64,000 nt of DNA from Octopus sinensis (GCF_006345805.1 NC_043010.1:27776001-27840000); one strand, 5' to 3'. Shown: positions 39,176 to 54,726, counted from the stretch's first letter. A program made the numbers and translations. The notes: generated by a model from the sequence alone, not told the origin.

Positions 39176-40200
39176 GGTAACTACTTTGATAACCTATATT
39201 ACCTTCAAATACAAGGCACACCAATGGGAACGAAAGTAACCCCAACTTTTGTAACACTAATAATGGGATTCCTTGAATAAACATTTTCTAGTTCCATTTA
39301 AGGGAAAACTGAAAAAGATTTCTGAACGACTGCCTCATATTTTGGAGCAGAACCTAACAAAATTCCTTAAATTAATAAATAGCATTCATAAATCGAGCCT
39401 GTTCACAATGGAAATGAATGAAAGAGAACATCTTTTTTGAATATCAAATTAAAGAAAATGAGATGGTTAAAACCGATCCCTCCTGCAACGGACACATCAA
39501 TACTTAAGCTTTAGATTTTACCATCTATCCTTCATTAAAAGGAACATCCCATTAAAGGCGTATATTTTCAGTAGTAATGGACACAAATGGACGAGAGAAA
39601 CGACTGGTGGAAATAAATGTTTCTCCAGAAAAAAGCACCAAAGATACTTACTAAATCATGCGATGGCTAGAGCAGGAAAGATTCCAATCTGTCTTTCACG
39701 GAGACAAATCTCATTATGAAGAGGAAAGCAAATACTAAAATATGAACATCCCGTTTGTAGTTATACATAATCATAGAAACCACAACATCTTAAGTTCGGC
39801 CGAACGAGATCTTTCAATTCTAGACTAATTATAAAATCTCAGAAAAACCACTAAAGGATCACAGATAATCAACGGTCGAAAACAACAAATTAAATCTCAG
39901 AAGATTCTTAACAAAAAGCGAAATTCACATCAAAAGAAATAATTCGGGTAACAAACTGCGAAGATGTTCGTTATAGGACGAGTGAAATAACTGAACCGAG
40001 AGCCGCCAAAAGAATCAAGAATGGGAAGAAATTAAAGGTCAATGCAATATGAATTGCACCCCCACCACAAAAAAGTCCTTTTTGCTGCATCACATGACCA
40101 CGCCGCAATGAGAATTATATCGACTAAGCGGCATCAAAATTCATACTCTGCGTTGTTGAATATAAACAACTAATCAATGATTCATCTCTTAAAAACGTTC
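39174..40200 (+). pseudogene. Decayed Penelope-like element RT and GIY-YIG region
   Basis: YYLQIQGTPMGTKVTPTFVTLIMGFLE, RFLND.LIFW, FTME, then Cys-x-x-Cys..YI region near 40050-40130. Confidence 0.8.
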
Positions 40201-40545
40201 TATGTAGTGAACATTTAGACATTTATGCAAATGGATAAATTCAAAATATCGCCTATTACCAAAATAAAAGAAAATTGGCAAGTACGAACGGCAAAATGCA
40301 TGTAAACGAATATAGACACTTTAATTTTTTCTAAAATAAACAAATATATCAACTCATTCTATTATGTGTATTATCAAATCTTTGTCTTACTTGAGTCTGT
40401 TTCATATTCTTTTTTTATTAAATATTCAAATTTTATTAACTATCCAAAATACTTCTCGCAAAAATACCGTTTTCTGGGGGTTTTTTTTTTTTTGGTTTTT
40501 TTGGAACTACTCCCAACCGATCAAAGTAGATCCGAGTGCACTACG

Positions 40546-40581
40546 CTCTGCTGATGAGGCTCAGACTAAATATGTCTCAAG
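40546..40581 (+). ncRNA. Hammerhead remnant downstream of the PLE ORF
   Basis: CTGATGA GGC tca GAC TAAA TATGTC; GAAA and stem II decayed. Confidence 0.4.
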
Positions 40582-40848
40582 TTATCCCCCTTACTTGCTA
40601 ATCAGAATTAGCTTTTCTCTTAAGTAATTTTTTTAACGCACAAATCCAATAGCCTCCTCTAGTGAATATAGTGACTATAATTACGTCAAAAGTTATATTG
40701 TATCTATCATAACGTATTGCATTTGTTTGAAGGTGAGATTACATTTTCTTACCTCAATATTCATATGAATTGATACTGTTCCTTTCAAATAAATACAAAC
40801 ATCGACCCCAGTACGCAACTGGTACCTAATGTAGCGACGAGCGAAATA

Positions 40849-41082
40849 CTTATTTCTTTACTACCCACAAGGGGCTAAACACAGAGGCGACAAACAAGGA
40901 CAGACAAACGGATTAAGTCGATTACATGGACCCCAGTGCGTAACTGGTACTTATTTAACCGACCCCGAAAGGATGAAAGGCAAAGTCGACCTCGTCAGAA
41001 TTTGACCTCAGAACGTGACGGCAGACGAAATACGGCTAAGCATTTCGCCCGGCGTGCTAACCATTCTGCCAGCTCGCCGCCT
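40849..41082 (-). mobile_element. SINE family S1, near full length
   Basis: Very similar to 11062-11295. Confidence 0.9.
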
Positions 41083-41623
41083 TTCTATGTTCTAGATGTT
41101 AAGGACAACGGTTGTCAGCTATTCTCGTGCCGAAATTTAAAATCCAAAGCAGCTTGTACAAAGGCACACAGACTCACTTAGGAAACCAAATAGTCCAGAA
41201 GCGAGCAAAAGCAAGATCTCTGGCTTCGCAATGAGGCGGCTGTTATTTCTAGACTTCTTTCTCCTCGAGAAATATTTAAACAAAAGACCAAGCGTCTCTC
41301 GGCGGTTGGATGGCCGTCGGCTCTACTGAGTTCATCTGTCCTTTGGCTGGCTTTGTAAGAATGCTTTTCTCTTTTATATTATCCACGCCGGCCTTTGTAT
41401 CAGACATGACGAAAGGCAGCGAGTTGAGACTTTGAAATCACTGTCAACCGGTTTTTTTTTTGCAGAAGTTGTGTATGTTCGTGTGTGCGTGTGTATGTGT
41501 GTGTGTGTGCGCGCGCGCACGTACATGTGTGTGTGCGTGCACGCGCGCACGTACGTGTGTTTGCATACGCGCGCACGTACATGTGTATTGTGTGTGTGTG
41601 TGTACGCGCGCACGTACCTGTGT

Positions 41624-41681
<58 letters not shown>

Positions 41682-43735
41682 CGCGCACGTACCTGTGTAT
41701 GTGTTTTGCGTGTATTATGTATGTAAAAATGAGAGCAAATACGAGGGAAGTAGAGTGTGAGCAGCCTTGGAGACACAAAGATGAAAAGAATTCCATGTTG
41801 ATGATAGCAACAAATTCCTGTCAAAACTTTCGTTCATTTCATTGTGACATACATATAAGTTCTTAAGTTGTCAGTCTCTTATTCACCCGAAAGCATACTT
41901 GAACCCTCACCCCACCTCCATGCACATTCCACCCTTTTAATGTACAATACAAACGTTGGGAGTGATACATGTTTTTATTCTAAGCTTGTCATTTGAGTTA
42001 AACAATATTAAACTGTAACGGATCCATTCATCCTTATTCTTTCTGGAAGTTTCGGACGTGAATATTAGATCACTGTTGTTTTCCGTCATCGGAGAATAAT
42101 TCCTCCCTTTCGATGATGTGTTATTATAAACACATGAGATGTTCTCCGGTGAGAAACAACAGCGATCAAATATTTACGTTAAAATCTACCAGAGCCTATT
42201 AAGAATGAGCAGGTATGTTAGTGTTTCAACTCTCGCTGTTCTGCGTGCACTCCATGAATTATTATCTGTTTAGCATGCATCAGCAATGAAACAAGAGCTC
42301 ATAGTTTTGATACATTCATTGGTTCGGCGGGGAAGCTTCAACTGACGAGATGTACGAGAAATACCACAAAAATCTTAGTTTTTTAAAATCTTTTCATCTC
42401 TATTAACATATGGTATTACAAGGTCTATAATTTATTTTCCTTTCCCCCAATTCCCTTTTGGTCTTCTGTAATCCTATATGGCCTCATTGCTTCAATAATG
42501 TGATCAGTCTTTATAGGGAAAATCCTATAGCACCCTATAATTATTATTCTCCATCACAGCCTCTAGCTCGTGTTCATACCACGTTTTTTCCCCATTTTGA
42601 ATTTACCCTTTTACAGATACAGCCATAGCTGCGTTTATACTCCTTTTGTGTGAGCTTGCTGCATTCACGTACAAGATTGTTAATACTTTCGTTCCAATCT
42701 TCATGGATTCTGTTTTTGCTCTCTGACAGTATTTTATCACTCTTTGTTATTTACTTTGTTGCTTCTACATATTGTGCCAAAATGTTTCAATATATCGGAG
42801 CAATTCCCATTACAAACCGATCGCCTATGAGCAGAAGTAAATCTCGAAGTCAGTCATTCAAACTGAGGTAAGCATAATTATGCGCCACACATACATTCAT
42901 GTCTACGTACATACAGACAGACAAAGATAAATACACGTGCATGTGTACATGTGTGACGGAAATGACATTGTATTTGTGACATTGCATATAAAAGACATTG
43001 TATATGCATGTATGTACGTATGTGTGCGTATATAACTGTGTGCTACACAGTAGGATCAAACTGGGAACCACATGTTTGAGAAGCAAGCCTCTTAACCATT
43101 GAGCCACAAAACGCCTACCGATATAAGAAGTAAATGAATAGAAAATCTGAATATATACAAATAAAAATCAAACAATACTATCGTCACCAATACCACCAAT
43201 AGCAACAACAATGACAATCCACAGGACCAGCAGAATATAACAGAACACAACTCCATGCCACAATAGACGACGTCTTACTTCGTTCATTGACTCTACTTAA
43301 GTAAACGTCGCCACCGTCTTTTGGCCGGCCCCTGTCGTCTGCTCAAAATGTACACGAAAGTTTAAATGTCAACGGCTTTATCCGTGTTATATTGTTAGAG
43401 TAAACATGAATATGATAAACATTGAAAACAGTGGACTGTGATGGTATGATGGCAAAGATTTGAGAGCGAAACAGAGAGAGAAGAGACCAGTGTGTGATGA
43501 TGATGGTGGGGTGGGGGTCTTTAAAAATAAACAAATGTTAAGAATATTGTCACGATTTGAATGTGATATGGCGAGATGTGGAGGAGTGGAATGGAGTGTG
43601 AAATAAAAGATGGTGGGAAACGAAAGAAGAAAGAATTCTAGTTGTGACATAAAGGAAATGTTGAGAAGGCGAGTGAAAATGAATGTGAGAGTGAATGTGA
43701 GTGAGTAAGTCTGTGAAGGTTAGTGTGTGTGTGTG

Positions 43736-43771
<36 letters not shown>

Positions 43772-44149
43772 ATGTTTCGACGAATGAGTGAAAGAAATAA
43801 AATAGTGATAGTAAGAAAATGTGAGCGAGTGGATGAGTGAGAGAGGATGAGGGAGGGAGGGAGGATGAGTGAGTGGGAGAGGATGTGAGTGAGTTAGTGT
43901 GAGAGGGAGCGAGTGTGTGAGTTAGTGAGTGTGAGAGAGCGCGAGTGAATGAGCAAAAGTGACGACAAAAAGGAAATGAGAATCAAAACGATGAGTGAGT
44001 CATCCTGAGAAGGAGTGCAGTTTTAGTGGTAAGAGTGAGACAGTGTTGGAGAAAACTGCTTTTCAAACCCATGAGTAAGAACGTGGGGATCCAAAAAAGA
44101 ACCTTGGGACACACGGGAATAGACGGATCGTTGAATTATAGAGAGCTCT

Positions 44150-44560
44150 TTGAGCACACACCGCAATGGTGCGATCTGAACAGATCCAAAAGACGACAGG
44201 CGGATGAAGAATATAGGTTGGAAAGTTTGTTAAAGAATTTGCGTCCTACAAAATGTCGAGTGCTTTGCTGGTGTCAAGAAAAAAAAAACAGATTTTTGTC
44301 GAGTTTCTCGAAAATGAGGGCCCACTGGAACATGACATAGACGAATAGATCTCCAGTAGATTCGGCTCCGCGAAACCTGTACGGGGCGGAGATATAAAAC
44401 GAAAGGGAAAAAGATTCAAGTTGCTGGAGAAGGTGTTAACGGCCAACGCCATCATCTTTGAGATATTGATAGCAAGTTCGACAGAGCGGTAGTTTCCAGG
44501 GTCAGAGGGTTTGACCTTCTTGGCAATAAGGCAGATTGGAGAGTTTCTTCAGAGATCGCA
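44150..44560 (-). pseudogene. Decayed CR1/L2-group RT fragment
   Basis: SDPGNYRSVEL..ISKMM..GF....STGDL..LDTSKALD. Confidence 0.65.
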
Positions 44561-45925
44561 ATATAATTTTGGAGAGAAAGAGAGAAATAGAGAAGGAGAG
44601 AGAGAAGGAAATTGAAGAATTTGATGAAGATAGAGGCTGGCACTTTGGTGATTTGTAACGGTTAATGGGAAAGACATTGTTAGGTCTGATGGCCTTGTAG
44701 ATCTCAGGCAACAGGTGTTTCCATGAAGTGGAAGGAGATGGTAATAGGTAAGATTCATTGTGTTTGCATGTGTGTGTGAGAGGGAGAGAGAGAGAGAGAG
44801 AGCGGAGAGAAGGGTACAAAGGGGGAAGTAAAGATGAAAGCTCTTTTTCTGGGAAGCGTTGCTTAAAGAACCATCATGACTAAAAGTGGAGGAAAGGAAG
44901 ATTCTGGCAAATGGGTAGAAATTTTATTTTTTGTTGGGTACCAAAAGCGTTCCAGTATTGATCAGTCCAAAGAGTCATCGCGGCTAAAAAGTAAACGAAA
45001 AAAGGATTTTGCTGAATTAATAGAAGTCCTTTTGACTGGAGATCAGCGTCGTTCCAGTTTTGACCAATTCAATGTACCATCGTGATCAACGCACCTTCGG
45101 TCCTAATGCGTTGATCAGACCAAAGAAGCATAATGGTTAAAAAATTGAAGAAAGGAAGAGTCTACTAAGTTGGTAAGGATACTTTTGGTAGGGAACTGGC
45201 GGCGTTCCAACCTGGATGAGGCCTTTTTTGTTGTTGTTGTTGTTGTTGTTTGCATAGAATATGTTGTTACATTATTCAATGTATTCTATCTCAGGGCTAT
45301 GATTTGCGGGATGTTTTAGCTGCTATTTCTAATAGACTATGTAAGTATACATACGCCCCCACCACTACCACTTTCTGTTGGTCCGGCCGCGAAGTACGTG
45401 GTTCAGTGAAATATCCATTCTACCAAATCACCAATCTACTACAATCTACTACAACAGCGACATCACCAAAAGCACCGTATTTGGAGTTGATGTCCGAAGC
45501 AGACAAAAAAAAAAAAAGCAATGACGTTATCAGCAACAACAACAACGTTATAAACCCATTTGTGATATTTGGCACCGTGTACTGAGATTGTAGAAATGTC
45601 AGATGGAAGGAGAGAGGAAATAAACGTTGAACATTTTCAGAGTTGCCAACCTTACATAATGCTAAACCTTACACAAAAACTATATTCATTCTTTTCGTGA
45701 CCTTAACATCTCATATATATATATATATATATATACATACACACACATGCGCGCATACATACATACATACATACATACATACATACATACATACATACAT
45801 ACATACATACATAAACGTACTCACATGCACAAATACATTTACACTTCTATCAGTCTATCTGTTGATATTATCTTACATTATCGGTCTATCTATTTATCTT
45901 CGTATCATTTGCCAGACTTTTAAAT

Positions 45926-46860
<935 letters not shown>

Positions 46861-47159
46861 GCTTATCTTGCTGCCTTGAACGTCTGCTTCATTCATTTGT
46901 TTCTATTTCTCTGTCTTTCTTTCTAGCTGTAAGACAGTTTCACCCACTGTTTCTCTTTCTAAAATTATCGTTCAACATCGCTTACCTTTTCACACTTGTC
47001 AGTTATCAGTCTATTTCTAAAGAGGCGACTTGGCAAAAGGATTTTAAATGGCAAACAAAATCTGGAAGTGTTAAATTTTGGCATTTTAACTTCTCTTCAT
47101 TTTTCTTGACGTAGACAGAGGTGTCGGAGTTGAGAATAGTACGAATGACCTTTGTATGT

Positions 47160-47222
<63 letters not shown>

Positions 47223-47549
47223 GCGGTTAGGTGAGCTCGATGGGGAGGTCAATGTAGTTTTAAGAAGCACAGTTTGTTACTTGAAGGCGATTTAATTGCT
47301 TATTCTCTACCAAGTCCCTCTTTGACTTATTTTGTATGTTTGTTGTTGTCCGTGGTGCTCTTTATATCCAGGTCGGACATAATTGAGTCGACAGACTAAT
47401 TAAAGACGTTCCAGCTGTGACCATAACAACTTTGATTTCCAGATATAGTATCTTTTTTTCATTTCGATTTCTCTTGACAGTTACGTCATTCACATAACAC
47501 GTATAAAAGAAGATCTGTTCCCCATATATATATATGTGTGTGTGTGTGT

Positions 47550-47588
<39 letters not shown>

Positions 47589-47589
47589 G

Positions 47590-47800
47590 CCATTTATCTC
47601 TTACTTGTTTCAGTCATTAGACTGCGACCTTGCTGGGGTACCGCCTTGAAAAATTTTAGTCGAATGTATTAACCCCAATACTTAAATTTTTTAAAACCTG
47701 GTACTTATTCTATCCGTCTCTTTTGCCGAAACGCTAGATTACGGGGACATAAACACAGCAACACCGGTTGTCAAGCGGTGGTGGAGGACAAACACATATA
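47590..47800 (-). mobile_element. SINE S2 3' half
   Basis: cttgtttcagtcattagactgcgacc..ttttgccgaa.. Confidence 0.75.
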
Positions 47801-47802
47801 CA

Positions 47803-48023
47803 CACGAGTGGGAACTGAAAAGTTCCTGGCTTTAAGAGTATCGTGTAAGGTATGACTGGCAGCCCAGCCTTCCAAGTTATTTTACAGGGATTAGAAAAAG
47901 GACCACTGCAATATGTGTGTGAATCTGTGAAGGGAATATGTTGAATAAAATCATAATTAACTGATCTTCCACTATTTTCTTTTACCCAAAGCCTGGGACT
48001 TTACAGCCCCCACCCCCCTTGTG
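47803..48023 (+). mobile_element. Mariner-derived MITE
   Basis: TIR CACGAGTGGGAACTGAAAAGTTCCTGGCTTT and degenerate AAAGCCTGGGACTTTACAGC; retains transposase end (GLEK..GEYVE*). Confidence 0.6.
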
Positions 48024-48674
48024 TACATACACACACAATCAGATCGTGATAAAACTTCATTAATAATGAACTTTCTTGTCTTCCATTGCAACTGTTACAA
48101 GTTCTTATCCGATGACAGTGTCTCCCGATTCAGCAAACCAATATATGTCGTTGCAAATCTTGTCTTGCTTCCATTTTCTTTTTTTTTTGTGTGTGTCTTT
48201 CTTCTGGTTTCCATGAAAGCGTTTGGTGCACGAATACGTTAATTCACCTTAACTCCTCGAGGAGATCCAATGAGTTTCATCAAAATTATAGTTAATTTGG
48301 GAATGTTCTAGTACCGTTTGTTTGTTTGGTTGGTTAAGTGTTCTTACCCTGATGTATTTTTGTTGTTCTTTGTGCATCTTGGTAAATCACTTTTCCACAA
48401 TGTAGCCATTTTCTCCAGTGTTTTCCAAGTCACACCAATACTAGTTTCCATATCTTTCATGTAGAGAGTTTTGATCAATGCTTCTCAAAGTGAGCGATAC
48501 AGTCACGTGGGGGTGCGGAGGAAATTTTATAAAGGTACGGGGGATACTGGGGACAGATGAGCCGATAAGAAGACGTGTGGTGATGGACATATCTTTTATT
48601 TGCACCTGTTTTCGAAAATACTTTCAATTTTTATTGTGTGCAAATCATTTGGTCATATTTACTGGTCGAAATAG

Positions 48675-49085
48675 GACGGTGAACTGGCAGAATCGTTAGT
48701 ACACAGGTAAAAATGCTTAGCAGCATTTTATTCAGCTTTACGTTCTGAGTTCAAATTCCGCCAAGGTCGACTTTGTATTCTATCCTTTCGGGTCGATAAA
48801 GTACCACTTAAGCACTGGGGTCTTTGGGATCGACTTACCCCCTCCCTCGAAATTACTGGCTGAAATGTTGTTGGGACACTCCATTTTATAATATATCCTG
48901 ATATCAAATTTTGGCAAACGCCACTAATTTCGGCGAGCGGGGCGAATCGATTTCATCGAGCCCAGTGCTCACTCAGCCGGTATTTTATCGACCCTGAGAA
49001 AATGAAAGGCAAAAATCGATCTCGGCGAACGCAATACCACAAAGCATTTCACCCAGCTTTGCTAACGATTCTCCCAGCTCGTCGC
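48675..49085. mobile_element. Two SINE S1 copies, tail-to-tail (+ then -)
   Basis: gaactggcagaatcgttag head at 48680; reverse head at 49060-49085. Confidence 0.7.
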
Positions 49086-49099
49086 TTTGTTTCATATTA

Positions 49100-49300
49100 T
49101 ATTCTTTTATTTGTTTCAGTCATTTGACTGCGGCCTTGCTGGAGTACCGCCATTAGTCAAACAAATCGATCCCAGGACTTATTTTTTGTAAGCCTATACT
49201 TATTCTATCGGACTCTTTTGCCGAACCGGTAAGTTTCGGGGACGTAAACACACCAGCATCGGTTGTCAAGCATCGGTGGGGACAAACACAGACACGCAAA
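49100..49300 (-). mobile_element. SINE S2 3' half
   Basis: tttgtttcagtcatttgactgcggcc tail. Confidence 0.8.
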
Positions 49301-49732
49301 CACACGTGGTGTAGGTGGTGTTAATAGTTTTTGTTCAATCGTACCAAGGGCCCCTCCCCCCACCAACTAATTCTTTCTTCCCCCTCCCTCTGTCTTTTCC
49401 TTTCTTCCCTTCCCTTCTTCCTCTTCCCTTCCTTTTCCTCACCCTCCCTCTTTATATCTACAACCCTCTAAAATTTTCTCTCAAATCTATTATTATTTCC
49501 ACTCCACTTTCTCTCTCCCCTTTTTTCCAATCACTAAATTACGAGGACGTAAACCAATACCAGTCGAGAAAAGGGGCTGCAAAAACAGACACATATATAT
49601 GTCGAGCTTCTTTCAGTTTCCGCGTACCAGATACATTCACGAGGCTTTGGTTGGATCGAGGATATAGCAGAAAAAACTTGCCAAAGCTGGAACTCTCAAG
49701 AGGAAACGGTTACCCTATCTACCTATATATAT

Positions 49733-50071
49733 GCTGAGACCCCCTTCGGTCATGACTGACCATGGGATTGCACCTAAAAAGTTACCCTCCCAGACACAAG
49801 TCCGGGCAAGGTTATTTTTATGGAAGACCAGCAGTCGCCCATGCGTACCGGCCTCCCCTCCACAGGCCACCAGTGTTATCCAAGGGAAAGGTAAAGGCCG
49901 ATACAGCTTGGCACCTGTGACGTCGCAACTCATTTCTGCAGCTGAGTGAACTGGAGCAACGTGAAATAAAGTGTCTTGCTCAAGAACACAACACGCAGCC
50001 CAGTCCGGGATTCGAACTCATAACCTCACGATCGTAAGCTCGACGCTCTAACCACTGAGCCATGCACCTTC
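49733..50071 (-). mobile_element. SINE family S3, near full length
   Basis: A/B-box head, CORE-like body, tail GCAATCCCATGGTCAGTCATGACCGAAGGGG. Confidence 0.85.
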
Positions 50072-50176
50072 ACTTTCACACATACATATATATAAGTGTG
50101 TGTGTGTGTGTATAAATAAATATATGTGTATATATGTGTGTGTGTATATATGTGTGTGTATGTGTGTGTGTGTATT

Positions 50177-50230
<54 letters not shown>

Positions 50231-50384
50231 TACACAAACACACATACAAAGACACACACATTATCAACAAGTATTAATCACCATATGTCAATGCCATAAG
50301 TGTCATTTTTAAAATGGTGTCTTCGTGTGCGAATATTAATTATTAGAAAATAAAAATATTAGAAAAGTAAACGACAGTGTTTGT

Positions 50385-50540
<156 letters not shown>

Positions 50541-51699
50541 TTGTGAGGATGTCTGACGATTCTCCCACAATTTAATTGCTTTCCTCGCAACACACAATTT
50601 CCGATAAAATCTCTTGCCAAGGCGTAGGTGTGACTATGTTGTATAAAGTTTGCTTCCCAACCAGATGCTTCCAGGTTCAGTCCTACTGTGTGGCACCATG
50701 GGGCAAGTGTCTTCTCCCATAGCCTCTTCGTTGACGCCCGACACCACTGGGAGGTGGCCCTCGAAGTCGCTGGAAATGGAGATCTCCAGGTCCAAATTCT
50801 TGAACGGCTATTGCTGCTGTTGTCTTCTTCCAATCAGGACTCACGCCATCAGCCACAAAGAATAATCTCTAATTCGAGCCTACTCTAAGCTACTAAGAAT
50901 GCGTGTGGCAATTTGAATATCCACCCACCACACGCGATAGATTGGCGGTTACACAGGCGCAAAAGCTACGTTGTTATCCTCATTCCGTAAACGTTGGCTT
51001 TTTTTTTTAACGGGTGGAAAGCTGAACCATCGTGTGGTACAGAGGATTCGCAATCTAGACTAGGGTCTGAAAGTTTACCACACCATAATGGGTTACACCA
51101 TAGTTCTTCTGCTTTGTGGCAGAAGTAGAACGAAAGAGTGACAGAAAGTTGTGGTGAAAGAGTTTTTTGCTCAATAAACACTCACAATGACTGGTCTGGG
51201 AATCGAAACCGCGTTCTTACGACTGCGAGTCCGTTGCCCTAACCACTGGGCCATTACGCCTCCACTGCTGCTGTTGTTGTTTAAGGAAAAACTAATTAAA
51301 GGTATCGTGTTCGCTGCGAATGTTGTCAACGGTGTTAGCGTTTATTTAACTATTTATAAACCAGTAATAGCTTACCATTCAAATAATTACCATGCTCCAC
51401 CGATTCCATTTCATCATTACTCTCAGAGTGGTTACCATAGAATCGTCACACGATGTCTTCCAACTCAGAAGGAGTGTGGGAGGAGGGGCGTGGCGGGACG
51501 GAGTGTGTCGGGGTTTCCAAGATCTATTACACAGATATTGAATATTCTGTCACTGTTGAAACAGGAAACAAAGAAAGATCAGTCAGTGATTGGTCATGTG
51601 ACTTCCGATTCTAGATCTCAGCGATATGTCTTGATGTGATTCCACTAATTTCATTGATTTCAGCTGAATGGGCTTTGTATTATTCATTTATTTATCTAT

Positions 51700-52083
51700 T
51701 TATTACCCCCGGCCTCGCTAAAGCGGAGGTATTGTTTTCAGTCGTGTTTGTTTGTTTGTCTGTGGACAAGGTATCTCAAAAACCGCTGGATGGATTTGGA
51801 TGAAACTTTCAGGGATGTTTGGCCTTGTGACTGGTACGAGCTGATTAGATTTTGGTATAGATCCAGTACCGGACAAGGATTCTGGATTATTTTTCCTGTT
51901 TTTCTTTTTTTTTTTTGTTACTTAATTTTTGAGAGCAGTTGGGTTCATTTTTAGTATTCTCGTTTGTGAGAGGAGTCGAGTTTATTTCAGATATTCTCAT
52001 TTTAAAAATCATTTCTGGCTAATCGTTGAGAGGACATTGGTGTTGCCTTGGCAGAGGTTTGTGCTCTCTGAGTACTCTTGTTC
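51700..52083 (+). mobile_element. Helentron-associated non-autonomous element (HINE/DINE-like)
   Basis: 5' TTATTACC..GCGGAGGTATTG, GTTT/GTCT microsatellite, 3' CCTTGGCAGAGGT..CTCTCTGAG subterminal pattern. Confidence 0.7.
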
Positions 52084-52420
52084 TATTTATTTTTGGTTTT
52101 CTTTCGTTTTGTGATTGTCCACCTCAGTCATAAAACAAAACCCGAGAACGGTGGTATTTTACATAACATCGATAATGGCAGAATAGTTAGGGCTTCGAAC
52201 ATTACTTGTTACGGATTTCTCTAAATCCCGCCGACCTCGACTTTACATTGGACAGCCAACTTCCAAAAATCATTACAGCCTTAATCGTTAATGCTTTGCG
52301 TTCTGACTTCAAATCCCTCCATGGCCAACTTTGCGTTTGATCTCTCTGGGATCGATAACATGACGTACCAGTCAAGAAATGAGGTCGATGGGTTCAACTA
52401 TTCTCTTCTCTCAGTACTTC

Positions 52421-52534
<114 letters not shown>

Positions 52535-53599
52535 CTCTCTCTAATGGCAAAAATCAATATATTGCATATATTACTTAAACTGTTCACAGACAGCCCGATG
52601 TTGTAAAATACAAAAATAGAAATAAAAATCACGAATGTGTGTGTGTGTGTGTGTATGTGCTCGCGCACCCGTGTGTGCGTTTATCGAAAGCAGTGGTACA
52701 TGTCAAAAGCGACGTGGTTTATATTTGTCTCCTGACGAAAAATGAAACAACAACAATAAATAGTTCAATAAACTATAAAAGGTTGCAACCGAGATAGTTT
52801 TGCGCACTAAATATTGTAGGAATACGCTATCAAATTTCCATGTTGAAATTCCTGCGATATTATAAGGGTGTAGAATGCAAGAAGAGGGATAATATCTCAC
52901 GTTAAGAGGCAGTTGTTTCCTTCAAGGTTGGCCAAGATCCTATTTGGCGCCTAGTCTTGCATCTTACTCGCATATGGCCCCCTGGATACTGTAATATACG
53001 ACAGTGACTCCTAACCAGTTGATCTATGTGATTGAGCTTATGGTTATAAATGATAGGGAGAATTTCTATCGCTAAATACACGAAACCTGGAACGGTAGAG
53101 AATTCAGAACCAAACTAAACCGGTCAATGGACTTGAAGGAGTAACAGTTCGGGTATGTAACATGCCATAAAACAGGGCGAGTCCAAACGTAGAGAGCAAC
53201 ATCGGTCAGTCATCCAGAAAGGGATTGGGGCCCACGTATTATCCCAAAAGAAATATCAATTATAATCCAAATAGAAGCAACCGGTAATTGTATGAGAGAG
53301 CTTTTGGCAAGCCGCGTGCCCGCAAAAATTTCGCCCTAATAAATTTTGCCGTGTAAGAAAATTCATCGGAAGATAAATTCGTTGTATGAATATTGCTAAA
53401 GCATATTATATCAGCGCTTTTTTTAAATATAAAAAGGAATAATAGAAGGTTTTATAAAAGCATTAAATAGGTAAGTCTTTATTCAACACCCGACATTAAA
53501 AGAAAGTGTTCAAATCATTTAAAACTATTCCTACGGCAAAAATAACCAACAAACCGACTCCTGGACACAAGGAAGGCAATTGGCTGATGATCACGATAT

Positions 53600-53800
53600 T
53601 AACAGGCGGCGAGCTGGCAGAATCGTTAGCACGCCGGGCGAAATGCGTAGCCGTCCGCCGAGGTCGACTTTACCTTTCATCCTTTCGGGGTCGATAAATT
53701 AAGTACCAGTTACGCACTGAGGTCGATGTAATCGACTTAATCCCTTTGTTTTTGTTTGTCCCTCCTATGTTTAGCCCCTTGTGGGCAATAAAGAAATAGA
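53600..53800 (+). mobile_element. SINE S1 with internal deletion
   Basis: aggcggcgagctggcagaatcgttagcacgccgggcg head. Confidence 0.85.
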
Positions 53801-54089
53801 TATTAAAATATCGTTTCCATAATGAATACAAGGCCCATAGCTAGTTGGGACAAGTGAGAAGAACGCTCGATTACATGGACGTCCGATGCTTGATACTTCG
53901 ATGCTTTATTTTATCGATTACCGGAAAGATGAAAAGCAAAGTTGGGATTTGAACTCATAACGTAAAAACCCGGAACAAATACTGCAAGATATTTTGCCCG
54001 ATGCTCTAACGATTTCTGCCAATCGACCGTTCTTCATTCGATTATGATATCGTCACAACATCGCGTAGGACAAATCAATAATTCGGTCG

Positions 54090-54270
54090 CAAAATCTTTG
54101 ATATAATTGCGAAGTCTTTTGACTGAATCGTGGAGTCTTTGACTTAGCTGCGAATTCTGTGGTTCAATTGCCATTAATTTGATTCAATCGCAGTGTTTGA
54201 TTTAGTCGGCAAGTCTTTAACTAAGTTGCGAAGTCTTTGATTCAATCGTAAAGTCTTTGACTGTAAATTG
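54090..54270. repeat. ~19-20-bp minisatellite (core AGTCTTTGA)
   Basis: Direct reading, about 8 diverged units. Confidence 0.75.
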
Positions 54271-54625
54271 GTAACCAGCGAATTATTAATCTTTGCCTGT
54301 TACATGATTTTCTAGAACTTCCGGTAAAAATTCTGATTGCTATATAAATGCTAGTTGTATATATGAAAAAGTTGAAAATCTGCCATATAATATACGCGTA
54401 AATACATTCACACAGACATACACACATACACTAAAAAAAATAAAAACAACCACACATATACTTATACACATGCATATATATATATATATATATATATAAG
54501 TGTATAAGTATGTGTGTTTGTTTTTTATTTTTTGAGTGTATGTGTGTATGTCTGTGTGAATGTATTTACGCGTATATTATATGGCAGATTTTATATATAT
54601 ATATATGTATGTATATATATATATA

Positions 54626-54665
<40 letters not shown>

Positions 54666-54668
54666 CAC

Positions 54669-54723
<55 letters not shown>

Positions 54724-54726
54724 CAC

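Noticed and set aside
48390-48480. RTE-like peptide on the minus strand (KDMETSIGVTWKTLEKMATLWKSDL)
   Set aside because: Plausible but too short to call as a feature
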